A stretch of 64,000 nt of DNA from Parasitella parasitica NRRL 2501 (lineage: Eukaryota; Fungi; Mucoromycota). The translations under genes were made by a program, and so were the position numbers. The first letter of the stretch is position 1. Every line of letters starts with the position of its first letter. The stretch spans positions 16,734-80,733 of the forward strand of contig MU619377.1 in the NCBI GenBank assembly GCA_025201805.1, read 5' to 3'. The notes beneath the pieces are model-generated. The model was given only the letters and a program-made list of their open reading frames with translations, did not search any database and was not told the DNA's origin. Shown here in pieces: positions 52,801 to 64,000 of this stretch.

Positions 52801-55800
52801 ATGCCCAGCAACATGGCGTCAACAAGGGCATCAATAGATAATACACGTACGACCCGCACAGCATCAGGTGTTAAACTAGCTTACTTGGCATCTTCTCAGC
52901 AAAGTGGGTCTACAAGTGCACCCGCTTTTTCATCTCAAAATAACGACTCGATTAATAATACAAGCACCATATCACCTTCTATCAACACTGCAAACACTGT
53001 AAACACCAACAAGCCTTTGGCTCGTGAAAGGCCTTTTGCTCGTGATGAACATAACAATACTAATTCAAGCAGTCGACCTCCTTCGATCAGATCTGCAACC
53101 TCATTTGGACGACCATTAAATCGCTTTATTCCAGGCCATCATACTAGACATCACTCCAATTATTCAAATTTCAGTACAATGAGTGAAACTGCGCTACCAT
53201 GGACAATTCGAGATATTGGATTTAATGCTATTTCAGGTGAGCCTTTTATAATCTAGCAAGGTTCTAAACTGACACACTCTAATAAATAGGTGTATTAAAT
53301 GATCCTGCAAAGCCAAAAGATTTAAGCAAACCGAATAAAGTTGATATCCCACCTGTATCCCATTCATCTATTCCTCGTATTAAAACTAGTGATTTTGAGT
53401 CCTACTTGGATCATATTGGCCCAGTATTTGACAGATATCAGCAAAATAAACTTGCCAGCAAAGACGAAGATACGATTCCATATTCACCTGCTCCCAACAC
53501 AGCTTCGACTGCAGTAGAAGATGAAGATCTTTTCTCCCCGTTCGGAAGGAATCCAGCAAAACGCACAGGGCGCAACCCATACAGTTTACCTCAACACATT
53601 TTATCAAGCGAGAGCTTACTAGATGAAGATGTAAAAACGCCTCCACGAGAATTACCAATGATTGAAAATGTACCACCCATCTTTTTTGAATCAGATTTTT
53701 TGCTTGAAAATCCACGAGTATTCGATACAGTGTGCGAGGGTGCGGATATTATTGGAAATAGTGGACATAGTCTTTCCGTTTCTACCAACTCCATTTTGCA
53801 AGAAAAATTATCGTATTATCTAGATACTATTGAAGTACATTTACTTGGAGAAATCGAGAACAGATCGTCGTCATTTTTTGAAGCGCTCAGTAACTTGCAG
53901 GCTTTACATCAACAAACTTTGGACTGCGTCTCACAGATCAACACTATACGTCAAAAAATGAAAAAGATTCAGAACACAGAATGTAATGATGGTCTAGAAA
54001 TCATTCGACTCCAAGTAAGAAAACGAAATTTAGAAAAACTGCATCGAGCAACAACAATAGTGAAGGATATCCAAAAAGCTCAGCCGATGATACAAATTTT
54101 ACTCGGGCAGGGTGATTATTTCGCTGCGCTGGATTTAATTGATGAAACTAGAGATATATTGAACGGCAAAAATAGCAGCGATGATCAGGAAGTAATTGAT
54201 TTGACTCCAGTTAAGGCCTTGTCAAATTTTTCAAGTCAGTTGGATGAAATGGAGAAAGCCGTTGGCGTTATGATGCAGCATGATTTCCTGAGCATACTTT
54301 TATCTGACCTATCTTACAAACTTGAAATTCTTGACTCTGAAACAGCAAAACAATCCCTCTTGAATTTAGCAGAAAAAAAAACAAATACCGATATTGATGA
54401 TGTCTGTCTTGGAGAAAAAGAATTCGATCTGAAGGGAAGAATGACGTCTAGTATACTTGGCTTATTGCGAACAAACATGCTGTCAGCTACCTTGCAAGGC
54501 TACCGTGAAAGACTGATGGTTGAAATCAAAGATATAATCCGGAAGCGATACCCACCTACACCTGCTTCTGCCTCTTCTTTAACACTGTCTGACGATCAAA
54601 TGGGTAATCTTGCAAAACAGTTGAAATCCATGCCTTTTTCATCGTTCTTCCAAATGTTGATGGAGATTTTTGCGACACTAATGGAAGCAATCAATCAAGT
54701 TTCGATTTACCATCAGCTGCTAATGCAAATTATAGAAACTCAACACTCGGAAACTGGCATTTTACTGCAGCTTGGTAAGGAATCTGCCGATATTGTTTTC
54801 TCTGTTGCTGATTTGGCACATGTACGATGTGGAAAACTAATTGGTTTTCGTCATGACCAAAACGCATTGCTTAACCCCACTGATTTCTATCGACTTTCCA
54901 AAGTGGTGGGTGTATTCATTTCAAAATGTGAAATATTCTGCGGTAGAACTTGTTTCGGTCTTCGTGGCATAGTCTTATCTCAGCAGAAAGCCTTTGTGGA
55001 ACATTTTCATATGGAGCGTGTCAAGCAAGAAGCACAACTAATAGAAAATGAGCAATGGGCAGCAAGTGAGGTGCCTTCTGACTTCCAACTGATTGTCGAT
55101 CGCATTTGTGAAGGGCGCATCGAAAGCTTGATCAATGGGACAGTTCAGCCGGAGTCTCCTGCCGATGGAACCAAATCTAAAAAACATTTAATTATTGATA
55201 GTCGTAGCTATTATATCGTTGGGTGCAGTTTATTGCTCCTTAAAATGTTTGAAGATTACTTAAAATGTGTCTTTCACTTGGAGAATATGACATTGGAAAT
55301 CATGCAGAAATTAGTAGAGTTGTTGAAGGTAAGTCGAGCATTTGGTGAAAATTTGATTGCAATTAACATGTGGCACAAAAAAAATAAAAGCTATTTAACT
55401 CAAGAGTGTGTCAAGTTATTCTAGGTGCTGGTGCTATGCGCTCTGCTGGATTAAAGAATATTACTGCCAAACATTTAGCATTGGCTTCCCAGTCTCTTGC
55501 TATCGTGATTGCTCTAATTCCAAAATTAAAAGAATGCATTAGCCGTCATTTGAGCCTCAAACAAACAAATCATCTGGCTGAATTTGATCGTATAGTGAAT
55601 GATTATAAGGATCACCAAGGTGAGATCCATGCCAAACTGGTGGCTATCATGGACGAAAGATTTACTGCTCATATCAAGGCAATGCAAGCTATACAGTGGG
55701 ATGAGGAAAATCCTCAAACAGGTAAAAATGCAAATATATACATGGAAACCCTTGTTACAGAAACCGTGCGCCTACACAAAGTTCTTGCCAAATATCTACC

Positions 55801-56121
55801 AGTGCATGATTTGAAGGTAACAAGGTCAAATGGTGTTGCAGAATCTTTAACACTGACTTTTCTTAGTTTATCATGTCTCAAGTTTTTCAATCATTTACAT
55901 CACAATTGTCTGAACAAATCAAGAATACAGAAGTCAGTTCAGGAAGGGGGAAAAGCCGTTTAGCGAGAGATGCCGCTTATTTTACTCGACGCTTGAAATC
56001 ATTGCATCACGTTGATCCTCCTTCAAACTCGGTTATGGAAGCTGTAGATAGAGTGATAGTCAGTGAATCCGAGTCAAAGGAATCACCAGCTTTTAATGAT
56101 GATTCAAACGACCAAGAATAA
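52801..56121 (+). CDS. VPS54: GARP complex subunit Vps54, multi-exon
   Basis: AISGVLNDP, LQEKLSYYLDTIEVHLLGEIENRSSSFFEAL, QVILGAGAMRSAGLKNITAKHLALASQ, HQGEIHAKLVAIM. Confidence 0.95.
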
Positions 56122-56247
56122 ATTGCATTTTATTTTCCGTATGCCGCGTGTAATCTGAAATACATTGCACGCGCTTTTTGACATACAAACCCCCCTTATC
56201 GAGGAAATGTACTCTTGTTTATTTTTATTTTTTTTTTCCCTCAAAAT

Positions 56248-56619
56248 ATGGTTCACGTTGCAATTCATTCTTATAGACACTCCAACAAGAAAGAGGAACT
56301 CTTATATCTTGATTTCCAGGGAAGTTTCGATGTAGGAGATGAGCCACGATTAGATTATTTGGAATTAGGCGAACTCACACTCCAAGATGAATCTGCAACT
56401 CTTATTATTGGACATCACAGGCTTATTGGAAAAAAGGTTAAATTACTCAAGCCTTTCGCTGTAGTTCACAAACGAAAAACGGATTTGGATATGCTGGAAG
56501 AGCAGGATGGTGTTTGCTACGATGTTGTCACAATATTAAAAGAAAAATATGTCTTCCCAAATAGACCTGGGCTGATCGTGCAGGAGAGTTTACGCGGTTT
56601 GGCAAGAATTGGCAAATGA
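56248..56619 (+). CDS. CTF8: Chromosome transmission fidelity protein 8 (Ctf18-RFC subunit)
   Basis: LDFQG, LGEL, TLIIGHHRLIGKKVKLLKPFAVV, YDVVTILKEKYVFPNRP. Confidence 0.88.
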   Translation: MVHVAIHSYRHSNKKEELLYLDFQGSFDVGDEPRLDYLELGELTLQDESATLIIGHHRLIGKKVKLLKPFAVVHKRKTDLDMLEEQDGVCYDVVTILKEKYVFPNRPGLIVQESLRGLARIGK

Positions 56620-57338
56620 ACATTTTTGTAAATAATTACCATGAGTGACATTTTATGCACTCTATAATGCATGTTGTATTTTATCATAGTTCCCTGGCGT
56701 GCACAAATAAATATATCATATATGTACCTTTCTGAGGCCGAATTAATTCAGAGCTCATGTCTTGTTTCAACGCAAAATTACATGAAAATAATAATGCAAG
56801 AGCTATGAATTGTTTACCATGCATAAACAAGTATATGCTGTAAAGATAATCTGGATATCCGATTTTCTGGTTTNNNNNNNNNNNNNNNGAAGGTTTCATC
56901 TCTGTATTAGAACAAATGATATATACGAGTCGAGGCTATTACTTGAATTTCATTTCATACCAACTTTCTCTCCTTTATCCCAAACATCTTACATGTGAGT
57001 TTCTCTCATGTAGGATTGACAGCATTAAATACACTTAAGGCAGAGTTAAAAAGGAGAGGATATAAAGCCACTTGGATCAACTACGAGCAACTCCTTTTTT
57101 TTTTTCAATTATTTTTGCCTGGTAACTCTCTCTTTTCAACATGTTTCACCTATACTCACTCTAGTTCTGTGATAAATTGAATCGTTTTAATGCAAAGTAT
57201 GGGAAAAATGCTTGTACAGAGAAATTAGCTCTTTGATCAATTGTCATTTGATAGTGAAAGTAATAAAAGGCTCGATTTCAGAGATTATTGCCATCGCTTT
57301 CCTTTCTTTCTACTTTCACCTTTAATTTCTAATACAAA

Positions 57339-58519
57339 ATGACAGGTAAGATATTTGAATAAAGTCATGCGGAGACCTCGAAAATAACCTTGAACAATAC
57401 GATCTTAAGAGTACTTTCCTCCCACTCAATTCGCAAATAGCTCTGTTGCACCAGGTGAAGATAATACTGTCTTTTACGATGAAGAAGCAAGTTCATCTGC
57501 TACCTCAACTTCTCCTCTTGGTGATCTTGCTTTGGGATATCCTCATGGTGTAGATTCTGTATATTATACTCCAACTGCACCACAAGTATTTATGAGAGCT
57601 TACGGCTATTATGGTACTCCTTCGTACCCTCAAGCATATGTCAGCCAGCAACCAATGATCCACAGTTCGTCTATGTCTTCAGAAGACCAAATATATCTAC
57701 AAAATGATGAATTTATTGCAGCTACTCTTTCCCCAACATCTACTTTGTCTTCTGTTTCATATAATACTAATGCGTATATGAACAATGCACAAGAAATACC
57801 GATTTTGAATGATCCTGCTGTTCAAGATGGTATGGAACCTATTATTACATCTCCTGCTTCTGATGACTCGTCTCATTTCAAGAGAAGAGTTCCACATATT
57901 CAATCTGCTTTTAGCCACCTAACTTTGTCAAACTCGTCTGCATCAGCTGGCAGTAATATTTTTGAAAAGCAACGCTCTGAACCCAGAAAATCTGAATATT
58001 CCTCTTACAAGCATCAGACAGGCCTTCATAACCAACATCAACGTGAAAAAAATGACCCCAAAAAGACGCACCACATAAAGAAACCAACCCGTACCAAGGG
58101 TAAAAAGAAATGTAGTAATTGTCATGCTACTGATTCGCCATCTTGGAGACGCAGTATTTGTAAAACGTCAGAAGGGGAGCTCGTTTGCAACGCATGCGGT
58201 CTTTAGTAAGTAATTATACATATGCTGTTTAATTTATTGTCACTGACATATTTGAATCTATCAAAAAGTGAAAAAACAGCTCAAAGAAAGCGTATGCTTG
58301 TTACTAGTGATGATGGTACAACCAAGGTTGTTAGAAAACGAGATCCACGAGGATTTTGTTGTTCTAAATGTGGGGCTAGAGATGCTACTCGTTGGAGAAA
58401 ATTACACGATAACACAGTTCACTGTAAGTTGATATAAAATCCCAAGATAAGGCGTTGCTTTGCTCATTATGGACTATAAACTTTAATTAGGCGAGAGATG
58501 TGTTCGTGGCCGCAGATAA
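57339..58519 (+). CDS. GATA-type transcription factor with two zinc fingers, 4 exons
   Basis: CSNCHATDSPSWRR...CNACGLY and, after splicing, CSKC-GARDATRWRKLHDNTVH-CERC. Confidence 0.85.
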
Positions 58520-59251
58520 ACAAATTATTACTTTTTCTTCTTTGACTCTTGCTTACATAACGACTAAATAAAACTGTTCTTTTCCGTCTCTTTGCATTCA
58601 ATATCAACGTTTTCGCCGCCCTTTGTTCGTTGTAAAATTTAAAATAAATTGTTGAGTGATAAACAATGTTAAACAGTCTGCATTTTGCAATTTGCATTTT
58701 GCAGTTTGCAGTTTGCAGTTTATAAAATACCCTTTCCATTTTATTCCCAAATTGTTGATAATCTTGAATCGTCGAACTGGATAAAAAAAAAAGACAGGTG
58801 TCCTTAATTTTTCAAACAGATTGGAGTTAATGGTAAGTTGTTATATTAAGAAATGATGAAACCAAATATTCATGATATTTAAAATTGCTGGTTTTTAATG
58901 GTTCGATCAAATTGAATGGTTTCTTGATACTCAATAAAAACACAGAGAAAAACTTTTACGGTATAATCTCTTTGGTTTTTCAATCCCATTCTAATCGGCT
59001 GGCTTTTGAAAGGTCTGGCTTGTACCTGTAATTAACGCTTCATCCTTCTTGAAATATTTAAATATCAAAAGCAACAATACATATTGGATCCTCAATATTC
59101 AAGAATCCTTTAAATATTAAGTAAAAATGATAATTATTATACAATTAGTATGGTCGTATTTGTCTGCCTTTGGGCTTTTTTCGTATGTTACTCTCAACGC
59201 AATAGCATAAATAGAGGTGAGAAATATGAGAAATTGTGCTGAAGGTATTTC

Positions 59252-59581
59252 TGATCTGCCATAATTATAGACAGGAGATTATGGCAATGTACTTTAACTG
59301 AAGATTGAAGATTGTCCAATGATGTGATGTGATACGCTTGTGAAAATTGGAGAATAAAGTCTCTGTTTCAAACCAAGAAGGTTATTCCTGCTGTAAGTAA
59401 CACAGATCTAAGCACCAGGATAAAGGTTAAGGCACTGTCAGATCTAAAACGTGTAGCCCTTGTTGTATAACCTCATATCGTACCCTGCCAAGTAGATTGC
59501 CATTGTGAATTAGTTTTGTCAATTAGTAATCTAAATAAGTCACCATAAATTTATGTAGCTGTAAAAAGTATAAATAACAGA
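59252..59581 (+). mobile_element. LTR copy A1, 3'-truncated at the LINE ORF1 start
   Basis: Begins TGATCTGCCATAAT; homologous to the solo LTR at 59807 and to the inverted copy at 63583-63930. Confidence 0.8.
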
Positions 59582-61101
59582 ATGGCTTCCTCCGCTAAAG
59601 AACCAAATGGTACCTTTAAGGGCCCGATATCATATCAACAATCCAAAAAATCATGGACTGAAATCATTGTTGGCGGTTCACTCAAAAACTCGAGTGTTAT
59701 GTCTGAATCACCATCCCCTCGGCCTACAGGTGAACTTAATCATCTCACCTCCAGCGCAACTAGCCCCTCTCAACTTGATCACTTTACTAACACAGTAAAT
59801 CGTTCTTGATCTGCCATAATGTAGGTTAGGAGATCATGATAGTGTACTTCAATTAAAGATTGGAGATTGTCCAATGATGTGTTGTTATACTGGTCGAAAC
59901 AGGAGAATAAAGTCTTTGTTTCAAATCAGGAAGGTTATCTGTAACACAGATCTGTATGATTGACAAACAATAAGGTACTGTCAGATCAAAGATCAATAAC
60001 CTTGTAGTATAATAATATATCGTACCCTGTTAAGGATATGATGTTGCTTGCAAATTATTCTTATCGATTACTATCGACTAGTATTTTAAATAAGTCACCA
60101 AAAATTTATGTTGTTGTAAAAAGTATAAATAGCAGATGCAAAGTTGAATCTTTAATAAAGTAATCTCAAGTTTTCGTATCTCGTTAATTCAACGTTTTAT
60201 ATTATACTTTTCTTATTTCGATCTTGCAGATCTCAACAGTTCTTACTTAGCTGGCACCATCGCACACTCTATTGTCATTGACATTACTGACGTTCTTGAC
60301 AAGAAGAAGGCCTTTATTCTTGACCTAGCAGCATTCTGCGAAGGCAATACACATCTGTGGGCTGTATCTGAACAAATACGCAAGGACAACAATCGCTTGT
60401 TCGCTGAAATCTCAGATTCTCCCATCATGTACAACAAATTCCTGGAGAATCCTTCTCTTCAATTGGAAAATTTTGCTGAGCCTTTTATGGCTTATCCCAC
60501 TCTTTCGCCGTCCGCCAACATTGTCAAACTGTCGTTGACCAAATTACCTCCTTAATACGGTAGACAAAATGGCAATCAACAACTTCGGGAAGACATGCAT
60601 TTCAACCTGAAAAGGTTTGGAAACCTGATCGACTGTGGTTACGTTACCGGTGGTAGTGGTATCTTGTACGCTGGTGGCGGCTACGCTGTTTTAGCAGTTG
60701 AAGATGGCCACACTAACCTGGAACATTCCTTCAGCTGGGCTTACCACCCCATAGACTACTCCTCTTCTTCTGGTAAATTACTACTAGATACCCGAGAGCA
60801 CGTCCTTGCTTTTGCTACTTGGGCTGCGATGTTTCCCTATTGCAAATACTGTCATTCCATGGATCATGCTTTGCTCCACTGCGATCTTTGTCATGAGTTT
60901 GGTCATTTCCAACGTGGTAGCCCCCATCGCAATGATGCTTCTAGCAAATCCGGCAAGAAACGTAAAGTTTCTTCAGGACAGACAAAGACTGCAGTTCTTC
61001 AACCGTCTTCTACTTTGTCCTCTTCGATCAAATCGCCTCCTCAGGCTGCTGCTGATGCCCAAGCCGCTGCTGCTGTCAAAGCTTCTGCTGATGCTGTTTA
61101 G
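59582..61101 (+). pseudogene. L1-like LINE ORF1 (gag-like, zinc knuckles), interrupted by a solo LTR
   Basis: KKSWTEIIVGG...; removing 59807-60243 restores the frame (NRSYLAGTIAHSIVIDIT); AYPTL..IVKLSLTKLP, GGGYAVL, ATWAAMFPYCKYCHSMDHALLHC; in-frame stop near 60553. Confidence 0.75.
59807..60238 (+). mobile_element. Complete solo LTR (432 bp, copy A2)
   Basis: TG...AACA termini, 5-bp target-site duplication GTTCT (59802-59806 and 60239-60243), internal TATAAATA and AATAAA. Confidence 0.9.
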
Positions 61102-61512
61102 GATGTAAAGGCTGGGTGAGGTGGGTTGTTGGGTTGGTGTTGTGCCTGAGATCCAACTTGGGTATTCTCACAATTATGCAGAAGTATTATACCATGGTTA
61201 CACTCATTAGAAATTCTTTATACCACAAGGCGATTATACTCTCTCTCAAGACCGCTATCCTTCCTGTCTCCTTCTGGTAATAACTGGTTTATTACGATTA
61301 TTACTTGTACTAGCAACACATGGCTAGTAATTTGTTCTATCTGGTGCAAGTTTATTAAGCCTCGATTCCATAAGCATGCAACCGATTTCAGCACTCGAAA
61401 AGTATAAATAGTCTAGGCAAATGTTGTGTATAGAAGAACCATCTTATTTTTTATATACGAATAAATATATCCAGTTTTAATTGTATATCTATTTCGTATA
61501 TTAAAACAATTA

Positions 61513-61764
61513 TATACTACAAGACTATATTGATCTTTGATCTGACAGTACCTTATTGTTTGTCAATCATACAGATCTGTGTTACAGATAACCTTCCTGA
61601 TTTGAAACAAAGACTTTATTCTCCTGTTTCGACAAGTAAAACAACACATCATTGGACAATCTCTAATCTTTATTAATTGAAGTACACTATCATGATCTCC
61701 TGATGTATAGTGAAGATGTAGCAGTGCGTATACATCATCTCCTAACCTACATTATGGCAGATCA
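61513..61764 (-). mobile_element. Partial LTR copy A3 (inverted, A2 subfamily)
   Basis: Reverse complement of about 59807-60010, with a 35-bp insertion. Confidence 0.85.
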
Positions 61765-63010
61765 ATTTCTTCTCTTTTGTCTCCTACAGGTGTGCAAGCT
61801 GACCCCTTGACCCTGTCTATACTTAATACATAATTCATACTGAAAGATTAATAAAGATACACTTTTCATACAAAAAAAAGGCCACGGTGTTTGGGTGTAT
61901 TGAACAAGAGAAGCTTGGACAGGTTGAGGACATTACCCAACTTCAGGGTATGTAGATTTTGACGAGCAGACGACTACTGCTCTTGAGGATGAACATTTTG
62001 ATGCTGTTGGTGATGCAGTTATGCATGATGGCCAAATGAATAAGGATGATTCGGATTAAGTTATGGTTAGTGAAAGTGACGAGAAGGCCAATCATATTGT
62101 CATGGTGTCCGGACAAGAGAAGGTACACAGCACAGGTACTGTTAAGAATAACTCTGCTGTTGCATACCGTTAAGGTACCGCCCGCTCCAGGCATGCCTCT
62201 GCTTCTGTCGCTGTAGATATGGTGGTTGACAAGCCTGCTGAGATGATGAAGCTAAACACTTTGCACTGTCGCACAGAAGAGAAGCTCAAGGAGTTTGATG
62301 CGAAAGTCAAGGCAGGCTCTAGGTTTTGTGGCTCCACTGGTAGTTTCAAGACAGGTGACAAGCTCACAACAACGAAGAATGCCTTTAGGGCTCAATGAGT
62401 ACAACAACAGCTATCAAAATTGGATCCTTCAAGACGCGCAGCCTGTTCATGGACTTTAATCCTCAAACATTTAAAGAGTTTTTATCTTAACTTCGCTCTA
62501 AGTCCCTTCAATTCGACATCTTCTGCTTGCAAGTGGTGTCGCGTCTTCGCATTCAATCGTCTCTCACTGAGTCTCAAATACGCTCTTTTTCTTATGCTTT
62601 TCCTCGTTGTTCCTTTTGTTACATATCAATAACATAGCAAGGTCTTACATCAGGATCTCAGATCAGTCCCAGAGTCTTACAGTAAATCATGGGTAGTAAT
62701 GATTTACATTATCCAGCTAGACAGTAGAACCCTAGTGTAATGAATGTGTATATAATACATCGAGAGATGGATTATGAATGAAAGTATAGTTCTTTGGCAT
62801 AATTATTTTATCAGACTTTTGACATAACCTTTTTTTAAATCACCTTAAAACTTTTACACTTAATACTTTAACAAATCAATAACAATGTCTTCAAACATTA
62901 GCAACAACGAAATTAACAGCAAGGCCACTTGCTGAAATGGCAAGTCGTCCTGCGGGATCTCGTCAGAGTTCCAACTGTTGGGTCCAAAAAGATAATAAAA
63001 CCCAAATGTT

Positions 63011-63077
63011 AACGAGATACGAAAACTTAAAGATACTTTATTTAAGATCAAAATTGGATCTGCTATTTATACTTTTT
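63011..63077 (-). mobile_element. Short LTR fragment (TATA/polyA region), inverted
   Basis: aacgagatacgaaaact...tctgctatttatacttttt is the reverse complement of about 60118-60186. Confidence 0.7.
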
Positions 63078-63582
63078 TGTTTATAAGGAAACTAGGACTC
63101 GTATTTTTTTGAGTGAACAGTTTGTTGCGCCAGTGTCAAAGGGCGCAGCGTAATGTTATGTAAATATGATTTGTATAAAGTAATAAAGACTTCTCTGAAT
63201 AAAACCAGATACATAACTGAAGACTTTTATTGACATAAGATATGATCTCTATTTATACTAAAATATATCCCAATCAATGTTTATCCACATAACATCTGAT
63301 GTTTGACAAGAAGTGTCAAACCTTATTAAATCACAGCACTTCCAGGACAGACCTATCTTTCTATTTTACATTAAAGAGAAGATTGGGTAGGATGTCTTCC
63401 CGAAATCCCGCGATCTGATCTAGATGGATTCTTTGAATAAGCCTGGAACCTTGCAAGAGGTCCAATTACAACTTGTAGCTTATTCCTTATTTGTAAAAGA
63501 ATTACCAACAATTAATATCATGATCCGTGCATTATGACTAAGTTAGATATGACATATGTAGCCTTTATATGGATACAACATC

Positions 63583-63930
63583 TTTAAGATCGAAATTGCA
63601 TCTGCTATTTATACTTTTAACAACTACATAAATTTATGGTGACTTATTTAGATTACTAATTGACAAGACTGATTCACAGTGACAATCTACTTGACAGGGT
63701 ACGATATGAGGTTATACAACAAGGGCTACACGTCTTTGATCTGACAGTGTCTTATTAACCTTTATCCTGGTGCTCAGACCTGTGTTACTTACAGGAATAA
63801 CCTTCTTGATTTGAAACAGAAACTTTATTCTCCAATTTACACAAGCGTATCACATCACATCATTGGACAATCTTCAATCTTCAATTGGAGTACATTGCCA
63901 TGATCTCCTGTCTATAATTATGGCAGATCA
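63583..63930 (-). mobile_element. LTR copy A4 (inverted, A1 subfamily), 3'-truncated
   Basis: Colinear reverse complement of 59252-59581. Confidence 0.88.
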
Positions 63931-64000
63931 AAATCTACCAAGGGAGAAACCTGAGCCTGGATTGCCTTGTAGGCACCGACGCGATCACCGAATAATCCTT

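Noticed and set aside
61943-63051. Short ORFs in the terminal nest as host genes
   Set aside because: Fragmentary and motif-less; probably transposon debris that I cannot classify.
59252-63930. DIRS element with inverted terminal repeats
   Set aside because: No RT/RNase H or tyrosine recombinase inside, and one repeat copy has TG...CA ends with a 5-bp TSD, typical of integrase-type LTRs.

Overview
Eukaryotic fungal genomic DNA: AT-rich, gene-dense, short introns (many 50-70 nt), several N gaps. Gene content (E2F, exportin-7, PKA-C with long N-terminus, Mucorales-type LINE ORF1) points to an early-diverging Mucorales fungus (inference). About 20 intron-containing host genes were reconstructed: ubiquilin/DSK2, EFR3, MIC10, an MFS sugar porter, PKA catalytic subunit, TMEM115, CYC8/SSN6, exportin-7, ODC carrier, an AMPK-related kinase, an M49 peptidase, an RCC1-repeat protein, E2F, KDM5, SIRT4, a PSP1-domain protein, VPS54, CTF8, a two-finger GATA factor and two orphans. 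Accessory DNA: the right end of a Tc1-like transposon (1-500); a ~4.3 kb island holding a ~200-bp tandem array beside a decayed PD-(D/E)XK-like nuclease gene (8.3-10.9 kb); a LINE RT fragment; and a terminal 5-kb transposon nest where LTR copies lie in a nested inverted arrangement around a LINE ORF1. Exon boundaries were read by eye and are provisional.
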